DNA of 32,000 bases, from the NCBI GenBank assembly GCA_038823825.1, contig JAWBCC010000002.1, positions 30,001 through 62,000 on the forward strand, in the 5' to 3' direction. The notes under the pieces were generated by a model. It saw only the letters and a program-made list of their open reading frames with translations, did not search any database and was not told where the DNA came from. Position 1 is the first letter of the stretch; every line of letters begins with the position of its first letter. Positions 9,013 to 17,130 of this stretch are shown piece after piece. The position numbers were made by a program, and so were the translations under genes. Origin of the DNA: Candidatus Hadarchaeales archaeon (GTDB lineage: Archaea; Hadarchaeota; Hadarchaeia; Hadarchaeales; Hadarchaeaceae).

Positions 9013-9017
9013 TTTTT
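9013..9017 (+). terminator. Oligo-T tract downstream of the ribonuclease gene
   Basis: A T5 run lies 13 nt after the stop at 9000. Archaeal RNAP terminates at oligo-T tracts. Confidence 0.3.
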
Positions 9018-9057
9018 AGCTTGAATCCCGCCTATAGCCTACAGGGTATTTCACCGC

Positions 9058-9064
9058 AAAAAAA
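9058..9064 (-). terminator. Oligo-T tract downstream of reverse gyrase
   Basis: A T7 run on the minus strand begins 13 nt after the stop codon at 9077-9079. Confidence 0.35.
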
Positions 9065-9076
9065 TATTTTGATTAG

Positions 9077-10777
9077 TCAATGGGCTTTCCTTATTTCCAA
9101 GATTTCTTGGTAAAGCTCTTTCAAGATTTCGTTGTAGTCAGCTTTGCCTTGCTCAACCAGATCCATCAGCAATTCTAGCCTTCGCGTAGTTTCTTCAGAA
9201 GTGTATTTCCCAAAATTTCGACAGAGATACATGTAAACCTTAAAGCCCAACGGTGTGTTTATTAGCTTGTTATTTCGATCAATAGCGTAGTTTCTTTCGA
9301 GAATCGTCTCCACGATTTTCGCGTATGTGCTTGGTCTTCCTATTCCTTTTTCCCGCATTAGGGCTATTATTTCGCCCTGTGTGAAAGGCCTCGCTGCCGG
9401 AAGCTTCAAAATCCTTGCAAATTTTATCGCATACTCGCCTTCTCTCACTGGATTTGCAGTTTTCACGGGTAACACAACATTGAAGCCTTGGGACACTACG
9501 CTTACCGGGTTTTCCATATGCACTTCGTTTCCATCCACCGAAACCATGAATTTCTGGTAGAGGACTCTAGCCTCTTTCATCTGGCTCGCAATAAACCGCT
9601 TGAATATCAGATCGTAGAGTTGAAAGTGATCTTGCGTCAACTTTTTCGGAAAACGTAAAAGTCCAAGAGATATCAAGTTTTTCAGTCTTTCTACGTCAAT
9701 GGCTCTTGTCGGTCTTATACATTCATGGGCACCTTCCATAGCATATCTTCGGGGAACAAAAAGCGATGGATACCTTTCTTGAATATATTCTTTGGCGATA
9801 CCTATACCTACCGTTGAAACTGTTGTGGCATCCGTTCTATGATATGTGCATAAACCCATCTCAAACAAATCTTGAGCAATCATCATTGTCTTTGGGGCTG
9901 GAAAACCGAGCTTTGCTGAAGCGTCCCGGAGTAGTGTGTCTGTGGTGTAAGGTGGTGGTGGATTTAATGTGTGCTCTTCTTCCACTAGAGCCGATATTTT
10001 GGCTTTGAGGTTTTTAAGAGCGAGGTTTCTCGGTGAAAACGACAATTTTGGATTTTCGATGAAAACCCTTAGGCCGTTTGAAAGCACAGCTGACAAGACC
10101 CGCTTTTTCTTTCTCGATTCGCTCGTTCGTTCTATTATCCAGCCCAAGACTGGCGTTTGAACCCTTCCAGCAGACAGTTTATAGTTCTGGAAACGGTCCC
10201 AGAGTTTTTGGCTTAGTTCGAATCCTATCCAGCGGTCTTCTATGCGGCGGACAAGCTGAGCCTCCACCATTTTTATGTTGATTTCTCGTCTTTCTTTGAC
10301 GGCTTGGAGGAAAGCTTTCTTGGTTATTTCATGGAACTCCAACCTCTCGATGTGCCTATTGACTGAGTAAAGCGAACAGTAAACGTCGTAGGCTATCTTT
10401 TCTCCTTCAATATCCGGATCTGTAGCGACGAAAACACGGTTAACTTCGAGGGCGATTTTCCTCATAACTTTGACGAGCTCCTTCTTGGAATAGTATTCTT
10501 GACTTTTACATTTTGGACAAAAATCGAGTCCCGTAAATTGTTCACCACATTTCCGGCATTTCTTTATAAAGTCATATATGGGTATGAAGCGACCTCCTTC
10601 AACTTTTACACCGTGGAAGCCCTCACCTGAAACAAGATCATAGATGTGCCCCATGCTCGCCACAATGTTGAGCACAAATTCCCCAGCGCTCACCTCAAAA
10701 ACAGTTACGTTTCCAATCTTCCTTTTGAAGGGTTTACCGAAAAATCTGGAAATGGTTCTTGCCTTTCGGAGATTCAA
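9077..10777 (-). CDS. rgy: Reverse gyrase, topoisomerase IA portion (frame +1 relative to the helicase portion)
   Basis: A 566-aa ORF that begins at a TTG with NLRKARTISRFFGKP, the second half of the Toprim IVESPxKAxTI motif. It contains SMGHIYDL, a Zn finger CRKCGE..CPKC, DPDIEGE (Toprim acidic cluster) and the active-site tyrosine context GLCTYHRTDAT. It has no ATG start and no obvious SD. Confidence 0.85.
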   Translation of the reverse strand: MNLRKARTISRFFGKPFKRKIGNVTVFEVSAGEFVLNIVASMGHIYDLVSGEGFHGVKVEGGRFIPIYDFIKKCRKCGEQFTGLDFCPKCKSQEYYSKKELVKVMRKIALEVNRVFVATDPDIEGEKIAYDVYCSLYSVNRHIERLEFHEITKKAFLQAVKERREINIKMVEAQLVRRIEDRWIGFELSQKLWDRFQNYKLSAGRVQTPVLGWIIERTSESRKKKRVLSAVLSNGLRVFIENPKLSFSPRNLALKNLKAKISALVEEEHTLNPPPPYTTDTLLRDASAKLGFPAPKTMMIAQDLFEMGLCTYHRTDATTVSTVGIGIAKEYIQERYPSLFVPRRYAMEGAHECIRPTRAIDVERLKNLISLGLLRFPKKLTQDHFQLYDLIFKRFIASQMKEARVLYQKFMVSVDGNEVHMENPVSVVSQGFNVVLPVKTANPVREGEYAIKFARILKLPAARPFTQGEIIALMREKGIGRPSTYAKIVETILERNYAIDRNNKLINTPLGFKVYMYLCRNFGKYTSEETTRRLELLMDLVEQGKADYNEILKELYQEILEIRKAH

Positions 10778-12680
10778 CGATCAACAAAGCCGTTTTGATG
10801 AAGTCCTTAAGCCTTTTCGATATTTGACCTTCATTAATGTCTCTTATGGTTTGGCGGTCTTCGTCTATCTTTTTAAACCATCTTTCGGCTGTCTTAAAGC
10901 TGAACTCAATCGGTGAGAATTCGCCGAGCATGAACTCCAGCTGTTTTCTAAGAGCGTAAAATGCCTTTTCATCGTCAACTAGGATGAAGCTCGCACCCCT
11001 AGTTATACCGCCCGCAAACATTCTTGAGGCTCTACCCGAAGCTTGAACATAGGCTACCGGATCTGCTACAACGAGATAGAATTCGTTGCCTTTCTGTTTA
11101 AGAGAAACCTCCTTGCTCTTGGATATCGCTTCAACAACCTTCGGGTTTATCGCCTCCTTCAAGAAGTTTCTAGCTTCTAGAACGATTCTCCTAACGTGTT
11201 CGTCAAAGCCTTCCAGCGTTGTTCCCTTTTCTATGGCTTCTTTAACCATTTCCACGGTTTGTTTATTCACCGGTACGACGCTCCGGAGAGCGTTTATCAC
11301 TTGACTAGCCCTATCTTGAATATTTGCATCGAGGAATTCCCTGATATTTTTGAGGAGCATCAAAAGCTTGACTGGATTGTATTCGTTCCAGCTCAGCTGA
11401 ATCTCGCTTCTCGGAACACCGGCAAAGATCACGTAACGAATTCTCTCCGGAAGATCTATGCCCCTAGCTAGAGGACTTCTGTAGCTGGCAACACCCACAA
11501 GAACCTCATATTCGCCGTTTTGAAACTTTTCCAACATTTCTTCATCCATCTTCATGTAAGCGTAGGACTTGACGCCGTTAGCGTTTAAAAAAGCATTGAG
11601 CTTAGCCACGTGCTCTCTACCCAAAACGGATGGAACAAAGATAAGACATCCACCGCCAAAACGCTGGATAAGTGACAGGACTTGCTGCTCCATGCCTGCT
11701 TCTGCCTTCAAATAATAATCTTTGATATTTCTGAGGAATTCTGGTTGGAAACCTATCTGGAAGTTTAGAAGCTCCTCGAAGAGTTTTATCCGCTTTGTTC
11801 TTTTGGCTTTAACCGTTGCTCCCGAAACCACGAGCAATCCTATCTTGTTTTGGCGCTTATATTCCTCGATTTGGTTTCGAAGCCTTTCAACTTCATCGAC
11901 AATTTGCTCTGGAGATTTCTCCATTCTTCTCAGGCGACCTGCCTCCCTCCGCAACTCGACTATCCTAAAAGCTGTGGCGATTATTTCATCGCTGAAACCC
12001 AGAAGTTTCATGATCTTGTCTATGTTTTTCGGAGACTTGAGGAAAGAATCCACATCATCCACAAAAACGAAGTCGAAGGTTTTATTCTTGACAATCTTAA
12101 AGTGGTTAATCAAAAATCTCTCAGTTGTAATTAAAATTTCAAATTCACCCCGTGCCACCTTTTCCAGAGCTCCACGTCTTTCAGAATCGCTCATGCCTGC
12201 ATGATAGCAAACTACTCTTGGATTTACGCCAAGCCTTTTAGAGAAAACATCCAGCCTTTCCGCAACTTGTTGGACAAGAAGCGCTGTTGGGAGGATTATA
12301 TAGCTTTTTCTACCATTGACCGCAAAATACAAAGCTGAAACAGTTCCCAAGACGGTTTTTCCAACACCGGTGGGTGCCACAATGGAGAAATTGCTGTTTA
12401 AAAGAATTCTTCTAGCCCACGTTTCCTGAAGAGACCACATTCTCTGTCCAACCGCTTTCTTGAAGAACTGAGAAAACTCTCTAAACTTCTGCTGGAATAG
12501 GAAAATTTCCTCGGCAAAGTAGAGACGCCCTTTCTCTCTCAAAATCTTGAGCAATTGTTCCCTGCTTTTTAGCGTCTCGGTTCTTTCAACACAGTTTTCG
12601 CAGACACCCATCCAGAGAAGCCGATCGTCCGATATAGCGCCTTCACAGTTCACGCATAAGCCATGATAGATACTCCTCAT
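10734..12680 (-). CDS. rgy: Reverse gyrase, N-terminal Zn finger plus SF2 helicase-like portion, ending inside the Toprim motif
   Basis: N-terminus MRSIYHGLCVNCEG...CENC (Zn finger), Walker A APTGVGKT, motif II FVFVDDVD, and a late SGRASR motif. It ends ...ALLIVESPKGKNHFQIFR*. The ORF track starts at TTG 12728. I prefer the ATG at 12680, which sits immediately before the Zn finger. Confidence 0.85.
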   Translation of the reverse strand: MRSIYHGLCVNCEGAISDDRLLWMGVCENCVERTETLKSREQLLKILREKGRLYFAEEIFLFQQKFREFSQFFKKAVGQRMWSLQETWARRILLNSNFSIVAPTGVGKTVLGTVSALYFAVNGRKSYIILPTALLVQQVAERLDVFSKRLGVNPRVVCYHAGMSDSERRGALEKVARGEFEILITTERFLINHFKIVKNKTFDFVFVDDVDSFLKSPKNIDKIMKLLGFSDEIIATAFRIVELRREAGRLRRMEKSPEQIVDEVERLRNQIEEYKRQNKIGLLVVSGATVKAKRTKRIKLFEELLNFQIGFQPEFLRNIKDYYLKAEAGMEQQVLSLIQRFGGGCLIFVPSVLGREHVAKLNAFLNANGVKSYAYMKMDEEMLEKFQNGEYEVLVGVASYRSPLARGIDLPERIRYVIFAGVPRSEIQLSWNEYNPVKLLMLLKNIREFLDANIQDRASQVINALRSVVPVNKQTVEMVKEAIEKGTTLEGFDEHVRRIVLEARNFLKEAINPKVVEAISKSKEVSLKQKGNEFYLVVADPVAYVQASGRASRMFAGGITRGASFILVDDEKAFYALRKQLEFMLGEFSPIEFSFKTAERWFKKIDEDRQTIRDINEGQISKRLKDFIKTALLIVESPKGKNHFQIFR

Positions 12681-12841
12681 CCTCGAACACCAAAATATCA
12701 TTACTAAGTTAATTCTTATTTTTGTCAACAGATATTCAAGGAGACTAAGTCAAGAAACTTGGCGCACGGCTTATTATCCCTTCATTTTCTTGCTTTTCGA
12801 TCTCTGTCAATTACCCTGCAGAGCTTTAGAACTCGTGTTAG

Positions 12842-12915
12842 AGCCCCGGGCGGGAATTGAACCCGCGACCTCACGCTTACCAAGCGTGCGCTCTGACCGG
12901 CTGAGCTACCGGGGC
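12842..12915 (-). tRNA. tRNA-Thr (anticodon GGU)
   Basis: Folded by hand. Acceptor GCCCCGG/CCGGGGC, D arm GCTC..GAGC, anticodon stem CACGC/GCGTG with loop TTGGTAA, T arm GCGGG-TTCAATT-CCCGC, discriminator U. No encoded CCA and no intron. Confidence 0.9.
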
Positions 12916-12957
12916 ACCAAATTCTGATAAGTCTCCAGGTTAGAAAAACTTTATCCA

Positions 12958-13716
12958 CTATATCAGCTCGTTTGGGATTTTCTCCGGCTGGTAAGCGACC
13001 CTGGGTTTTATTCCCGCCTCCTTCAGTCTCCGAACAACATGTGGATAAAGAAAAACGTATTCTTCTTCGATTTTTCTAGGCAAAGAACGATCTATCTCGG
13101 CCAATCTTTTCTTGAGATCTTCTAACGCATCTTTTCGGCTGAAAGATAACATAATGGCAGGATGACAGGCTACTCCCTCATCCAACAGATTTCTGAGAGC
13201 TTCAAGCTGGAGCTGAAAAGCCTCTGGAAACGCCCCTGTGAGCATCGAAAATTCCTGCTCATTGGTGCCCTTCAGAGAAACTCTGACATGTAAATTTTCA
13301 AACTTCGCAAGGCTCTTTGCTAATTTTTTGTTCACAAGAATCCCGTTCGTCTCGAGAATAAATAAGTAGCCGGCTTCGTCCGTTAGAGAGATGAGATCGA
13401 GCAGGTGGTCGGGAGACAGTGTTGGTTCGTTTCCGCTCACTCTCACTTGCGTGTAGCCGAACTTTTTCGCACAACTATCAAGCTTTCTGAAGATATCCTC
13501 CGCAGAAAAGAATTCTCCTATCGTCGGGTTATCTCTCGGACCGCCACTCCAGCAGAAGACACATTTTAGACAACAGCCTGTGCAATCGGCGGTGGCTATT
13601 CCCCCATACCATCTCCCCGGTCTGCCCACCCTATAATATCTGCGTTGATGATTTTTCACCACGTACGGGCGGATCTCCTCCGCGAGCTTCAGCGGATCAA
13701 AAAGTTGGCTAGACAT
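12958..13716 (-). CDS. Radical SAM domain protein, function unknown
   Basis: CxxxCxxC cluster motif in ADCTGCCLKCVFCW and the SAM-binding-type motif VSGNEPTL. The ORF track extends to 13824, but that extension overlaps the divergent gene. The ATG at 13716 (MSSQLFDPLK) leaves a 56-bp spacer with a central TATA box. Confidence 0.7.
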   Translation of the reverse strand: MSSQLFDPLKLAEEIRPYVVKNHQRRYYRVGRPGRWYGGIATADCTGCCLKCVFCWSGGPRDNPTIGEFFSAEDIFRKLDSCAKKFGYTQVRVSGNEPTLSPDHLLDLISLTDEAGYLFILETNGILVNKKLAKSLAKFENLHVRVSLKGTNEQEFSMLTGAFPEAFQLQLEALRNLLDEGVACHPAIMLSFSRKDALEDLKKRLAEIDRSLPRKIEEEYVFLYPHVVRRLKEAGIKPRVAYQPEKIPNELI

Positions 13717-13740
13717 CTGCAAACCTATCTGCAGCGGATG

Positions 13741-13751
13741 TTTTATCATAA
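13741..13751. promoter_or_regulatory. Candidate shared TATA box for divergent genes 12958..13716(-) and 13773..14540(+)
   Basis: TTTTATCATAA has its centre (13746) 30 nt from the ATG at 13716 and 27 nt from the ATG at 13773. Confidence 0.35.
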
Positions 13752-13772
13752 CTGGAAATAAAGTTTTAACCG

Positions 13773-14540
13773 ATGAAGGTGCTCCCACTAGCTTTCGATT
13801 CTTTCGGCGTAAGAAGTATGTCAACCTTTCTTGAGTACGGGAAACTTGGACTCCTCATCGATCCTGGCGTCGCGCTCGGACCGACTAGATATGGGCTTGG
13901 ACCAACGAATGCAGAGTTTGAGGCTCTCGACTACGCCCGCCAACTGATAATGCACGTTGCAGAGAGGGCGGACGCTGTTGCTGTCACCCATTACCACTAC
14001 GATCACCATCCTTTTCCGGACGATTCCGAGATGTACAAAAGATGTTTTGGTGGGAAACTCGTGATGGCAAAGGATAGAAGGAATAACATTAATCAGTCGG
14101 GAAAAGTTAGGGGTAAAATCTTCGAGGACAATGCGGTGCACCATGCGAAGAAAATCGAATGGGCGGATGGGAAAACCTTTGAGGTTGAAGGAGTCGAAAT
14201 CTCTTTCTCTCCGGCCGTCTGGCATGGCGATGTTGGAAGCAAGGTCGGAACCGTTGTCATGGTTTACATTGAAAAATGCGGTTTCCTTTTCGGATCCGAT
14301 GCTCAGAGCCTTGCGGATCCTGCCGCTCTAGATTGGGTTCTTAAACAAAACCCAGAATTTATGATTTTGGACGGGTATCCTACAATCTTCGTAGGATGGC
14401 GGATGAGTCAGAAATCCTTTGAAACAGCAAACGAGAACCTAAAGAGAGCGATTGCGGAGACACAGGCGGAAGAGGTGGTTCTCGACCATCATATACTGCG
14501 AGACATAAATTACAGAAAAAAAAATGAAATCAGTCTTTGA
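13773..14540 (+). CDS. Archaeal UPF0282-type metallo-beta-lactamase-fold protein, N-terminal about 250 codons (frame interrupted at an A9 run)
   Basis: N-terminus MKVLPLAFDSFGVRSMSTFLE...LLIDPGVALGP and the metal motif VTHYHYDHH. From memory this matches the archaea-specific UPF0282 family, whose members are about 300 aa. The ORF stops 5 codons after the A9 run at 14516-14524. Confidence 0.65.
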   Translation: MKVLPLAFDSFGVRSMSTFLEYGKLGLLIDPGVALGPTRYGLGPTNAEFEALDYARQLIMHVAERADAVAVTHYHYDHHPFPDDSEMYKRCFGGKLVMAKDRRNNINQSGKVRGKIFEDNAVHHAKKIEWADGKTFEVEGVEISFSPAVWHGDVGSKVGTVVMVYIEKCGFLFGSDAQSLADPAALDWVLKQNPEFMILDGYPTIFVGWRMSQKSFETANENLKRAIAETQAEEVVLDHHILRDINYRKKNEISL

Positions 14541-14745
14541 AACCGCTGAGAGAAAGGGAAAAAGAATACTTTCGGCTGCGGAGTTCCTAGGACTTGAGAA
14601 CTTTTTCCTAGAGGCATGGAGGAAAGAAATCGCGGAGGGGAAGAGAGAGGTTGATGTTAAGAAATACTACGAGGAGTTGTTCGAAAAAATTGGAATAGGA
14701 TTGCGCCTCCAGAAAGCTGCTCGCAAAGTAAATCTGCTCGAGTAA
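14524..14745 (+). CDS. Probable C-terminal continuation of the UPF0282-type gene (+1 frame)
   Basis: A 73-aa ORF whose ATG lies inside the A9 run. Removing one A gives a continuous ...DINYRKKMKSVFETAERKGKRILSAAEFLG... product of about 320 aa. There is no independent promoter or SD. Confidence 0.5.
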   Translation: MKSVFETAERKGKRILSAAEFLGLENFFLEAWRKEIAEGKREVDVKKYYEELFEKIGIGLRLQKAARKVNLLE

Positions 14746-14789
14746 CCGCTCGGTTATTAACTCCGCAAGCGAGATTTGTGGTGAGGCGA

Positions 14790-15578
14790 ATGAAGATTGG
14801 AATAATTGGAGCAGGAAATATGGGTCTTGCCCTAGCCAAGGGCATTCTGCTCTCGGGGAAAATAGCACCGGAAAACATTCTAATCAGCGATAAAGATGAA
14901 GAGAAACTTGAGCTGGCAAAAAATCTTGGGGTGTCGACAACAACTGAAAACAAAAAAGTGACGGAAGAGTCCGACATCGTTTTCTTGGCTGTGAAACCTG
15001 CAGTGGTTAGAAGTGTTTTAACCGAGATTTCTGAGAAACTCAACGGAAAGCTACTGATCTCGATCGCCGCCGGCATTGACACGAAAACAATTGAACGCCT
15101 TTGTGGAGCCAGAGTTATTAGAGTTATGCCAAACATCTGCGCCGAAATCGGTGAGATGACCGCCTGTTATTCGCTCGGTTCGAGAACAAGAGCAGACGAT
15201 GAGAGGATTCTGAAGGAAGTCTTGGCTGGAGCTGGAAAAATGTTTAAGATTGATGAGGAGTTAATGGATGCAGCGACTGCAATCTGCGGAAGCGGCCCAG
15301 CCTTCTTCCTCGAGCTGATGAGGGCTGCTGAGGATGCTGCGGTAGAGCTGGGGTTTGAGAGAGAAACCGCTCGACAAATCATCTCACAGGTAGCGAGAGG
15401 GGCAGCGGAGCTGTTGAAAACGGGAGAGCCTGGCAAGCTCATCACCAGAATATGCACGAGAGGTGGAACGACAGAGCGGGGCATGAAGGTGCTGGAAGAA
15501 GGAAAGGTAGGCGAGATTTTTAGGAGAGCTTTCCGGGCCGCAGCAGAGAGATCTAGAGAACTCAAAAAGGAAGTTTAA
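14790..15578 (+). CDS. proC: Pyrroline-5-carboxylate reductase
   Basis: Rossmann N-terminus MKIGIIGAGNMGLALAKG, plus AVKP, RVMPN and the C-terminal TRGGTTERG pattern typical of ProC. The ORF track starts at GTG 14778. The ATG at 14790 fits the family N-terminus. Confidence 0.8.
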   Translation: MKIGIIGAGNMGLALAKGILLSGKIAPENILISDKDEEKLELAKNLGVSTTTENKKVTEESDIVFLAVKPAVVRSVLTEISEKLNGKLLISIAAGIDTKTIERLCGARVIRVMPNICAEIGEMTACYSLGSRTRADDERILKEVLAGAGKMFKIDEELMDAATAICGSGPAFFLELMRAAEDAAVELGFERETARQIISQVARGAAELLKTGEPGKLITRICTRGGTTERGMKVLEEGKVGEIFRRAFRAAAERSRELKKEV

Positions 15579-15991
15579 AAACTGCCTGCTTCGGTCGCTG
15601 TTTGAGCTTTAAACTCCTCGAGTCTCTTCTTTATGTGGTCTGGGAGTTCCTTCGCCCTTTCGAACGCGTGCTTTATTTCTTCCAATATTTTCTCGGCGAT
15701 TTCTGGAGGAGGATTCTCCAATTTCTTTCTCCTCGTTCTCTCCGCCCCGTAAACGACCTCTTCAAATCTTATCGTTTGAATGTTCCAGAGATAGTCGCCC
15801 AGCAAAACTACGGCAACCACTATCCTCTTTCCTTCCGGATCCTCCACGTGTTTTTCCGCCAAGAGTATCGTGTAGGAAACGAACCACCCCTGCCTTTCCA
15901 AAATTCCTAAGAATTTCGGGGCATTCACGCTCCTGCCTATGAATTCTGTGATGTCCATATTTACCGACCCTTGAGAATTCTCGGTTTTCAC
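15575..15991 (-). CDS. Hypothetical protein, no recognised family
   Basis: A 138-aa ORF in a gap not covered by any other plausible gene, with a charged helical C-terminal half. An alternative start is the ATG at 15958 (MDITEF). Its 3' end overlaps the proC stop by 4 nt (convergent). Confidence 0.45.
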   Translation of the reverse strand: MKTENSQGSVNMDITEFIGRSVNAPKFLGILERQGWFVSYTILLAEKHVEDPEGKRIVVAVVLLGDYLWNIQTIRFEEVVYGAERTRRKKLENPPPEIAEKILEEIKHAFERAKELPDHIKKRLEEFKAQTATEAGSF

Positions 15992-16031
15992 AGGATTTAA
16001 TCTCTAAGGTGGTTAAAAAAAGAAACGCACT

Positions 16032-17117
16032 TTATAAGCCTTTGCTTTGGATGTATTCTCGATAATGTCTTATGACTTCGTCAATTGTCGAAACCTCGAA
16101 GAACTTCCGCCCGGTCAATGCGTTCGCTGCAGCCATGTACATCTCGCTTATTATCTCTTTCAGCTCTAGATCCAGATGGGGTGGTTGAACTTTACACAGG
16201 CTTCTCCAGTCTTTAACACCTTTTTTTTCTGCGAGTTTCTTTGCTTCCTCAACGGCTCTAAACCAGTCGGTTTTCTTGTAATATTGTCTGGCCACTTCCT
16301 TACTGACATGGATTCCCCGATAGGTGAATCTGCATTCATCGAGCGTTCCAACAACATCCACAACCATCAGATTTCTCTCCTGGTCAAAAGCTAGCTCTAT
16401 TTTTCCATCTTCATTTTCTAGACCGGCTTTGGATGCTATTCCCGTTATTACGTTATCAACTTTCAAAAGGAGCTCTTTTATTTCTTCGACTTCATCATCT
16501 GTAAGACCAGCTATACGTTTCGCCTCATCCCAGTTGATGTATCTGTCCGTTTCTTCAAGCTTTGTGCTCACATCGAATATCGGCTTTTCCAATTTTTCAC
16601 CGGGTCTCGGCATATGATCAAGACCGAGTTCTTTAAGTGTCAACTCACCAAGTTGTAACCTGCGGAAGACGGAAGAACCCTCCGGAAGACCGTTCCTGTA
16701 GATTATCTCAAGCGGGATTAGGAAATTCACGAGATTTGGGGTGAAAATGCCGTAATCGTAGACGAGCCTCCCATTCTCTATACGCGTTGTCGGCCTGTAG
16801 ACGTTCACCAGATTTATCTCCATTATGCTTGCTGGTTCCTCAAGTTCGTCAAACCTGAGAAGTCTACCTCCAGAGATTAGACCACGATAGTGGGTTTTTA
16901 TCCCTTCCTCCTCCAGTCTTTCAAAGCAGTAAGAACCCATCAAACAGAGGGCCGCACCCTTTCCTTGGATCAGATCGGGCATCTCGCCCCAGTCAAAAAC
17001 GGAGTATCTGTCAGAAAAGTGAAAGCGACCTACTCCCATTCTTTCTGCAGTCGGTCTTTCCACGATTTCCAAATCTTTTACGCTTCCCAAGTCTTTTCCC
17101 CCGTTTTCCTCTTTCAA
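16032..17117 (-). CDS. purC: SAICAR synthetase (phosphoribosylaminoimidazole-succinocarboxamide synthase), long form
   Basis: The motif RFHFSDRYSVFDWG (family motif SDRxSxFD) and the overall SAICAR synthase layout. The start is uncertain: the TTG at 17117 is the longest option, and internal GTG/ATG candidates exist further downstream. Confidence 0.7.
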   Translation of the reverse strand: MKEENGGKDLGSVKDLEIVERPTAERMGVGRFHFSDRYSVFDWGEMPDLIQGKGAALCLMGSYCFERLEEEGIKTHYRGLISGGRLLRFDELEEPASIMEINLVNVYRPTTRIENGRLVYDYGIFTPNLVNFLIPLEIIYRNGLPEGSSVFRRLQLGELTLKELGLDHMPRPGEKLEKPIFDVSTKLEETDRYINWDEAKRIAGLTDDEVEEIKELLLKVDNVITGIASKAGLENEDGKIELAFDQERNLMVVDVVGTLDECRFTYRGIHVSKEVARQYYKKTDWFRAVEEAKKLAEKKGVKDWRSLCKVQPPHLDLELKEIISEMYMAAANALTGRKFFEVSTIDEVIRHYREYIQSKGL

Positions 17118-17130
17118 TTTTCCTTACAAC

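Noticed and set aside
12681-12728. An N-terminal extension of reverse gyrase from the TTG at 12728 (MTKIRINLVMIFWCSR...)
   Set aside because: The extension is not family-like. The ATG at 12680 sits immediately before the conserved N-terminal Zn finger. The region is more likely 5' leader or promoter.
12729-12957. The tRNA-Thr locus, and likewise the tRNA-Leu locus at 18894..18981, considered as possible integration sites for a mobile element
   Set aside because: There is no integrase or recombinase gene and no duplicated tRNA 3' segment. Both flanks are housekeeping genes with uniform composition.
13717-13824. An N-terminal extension of the radical SAM ORF that overlaps the divergent UPF0282-type gene by 52 nt
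   Set aside because: The internal ATG at 13716 removes the overlap and leaves a spacer with a well-placed TATA box. The extension has no recognisable domain content.
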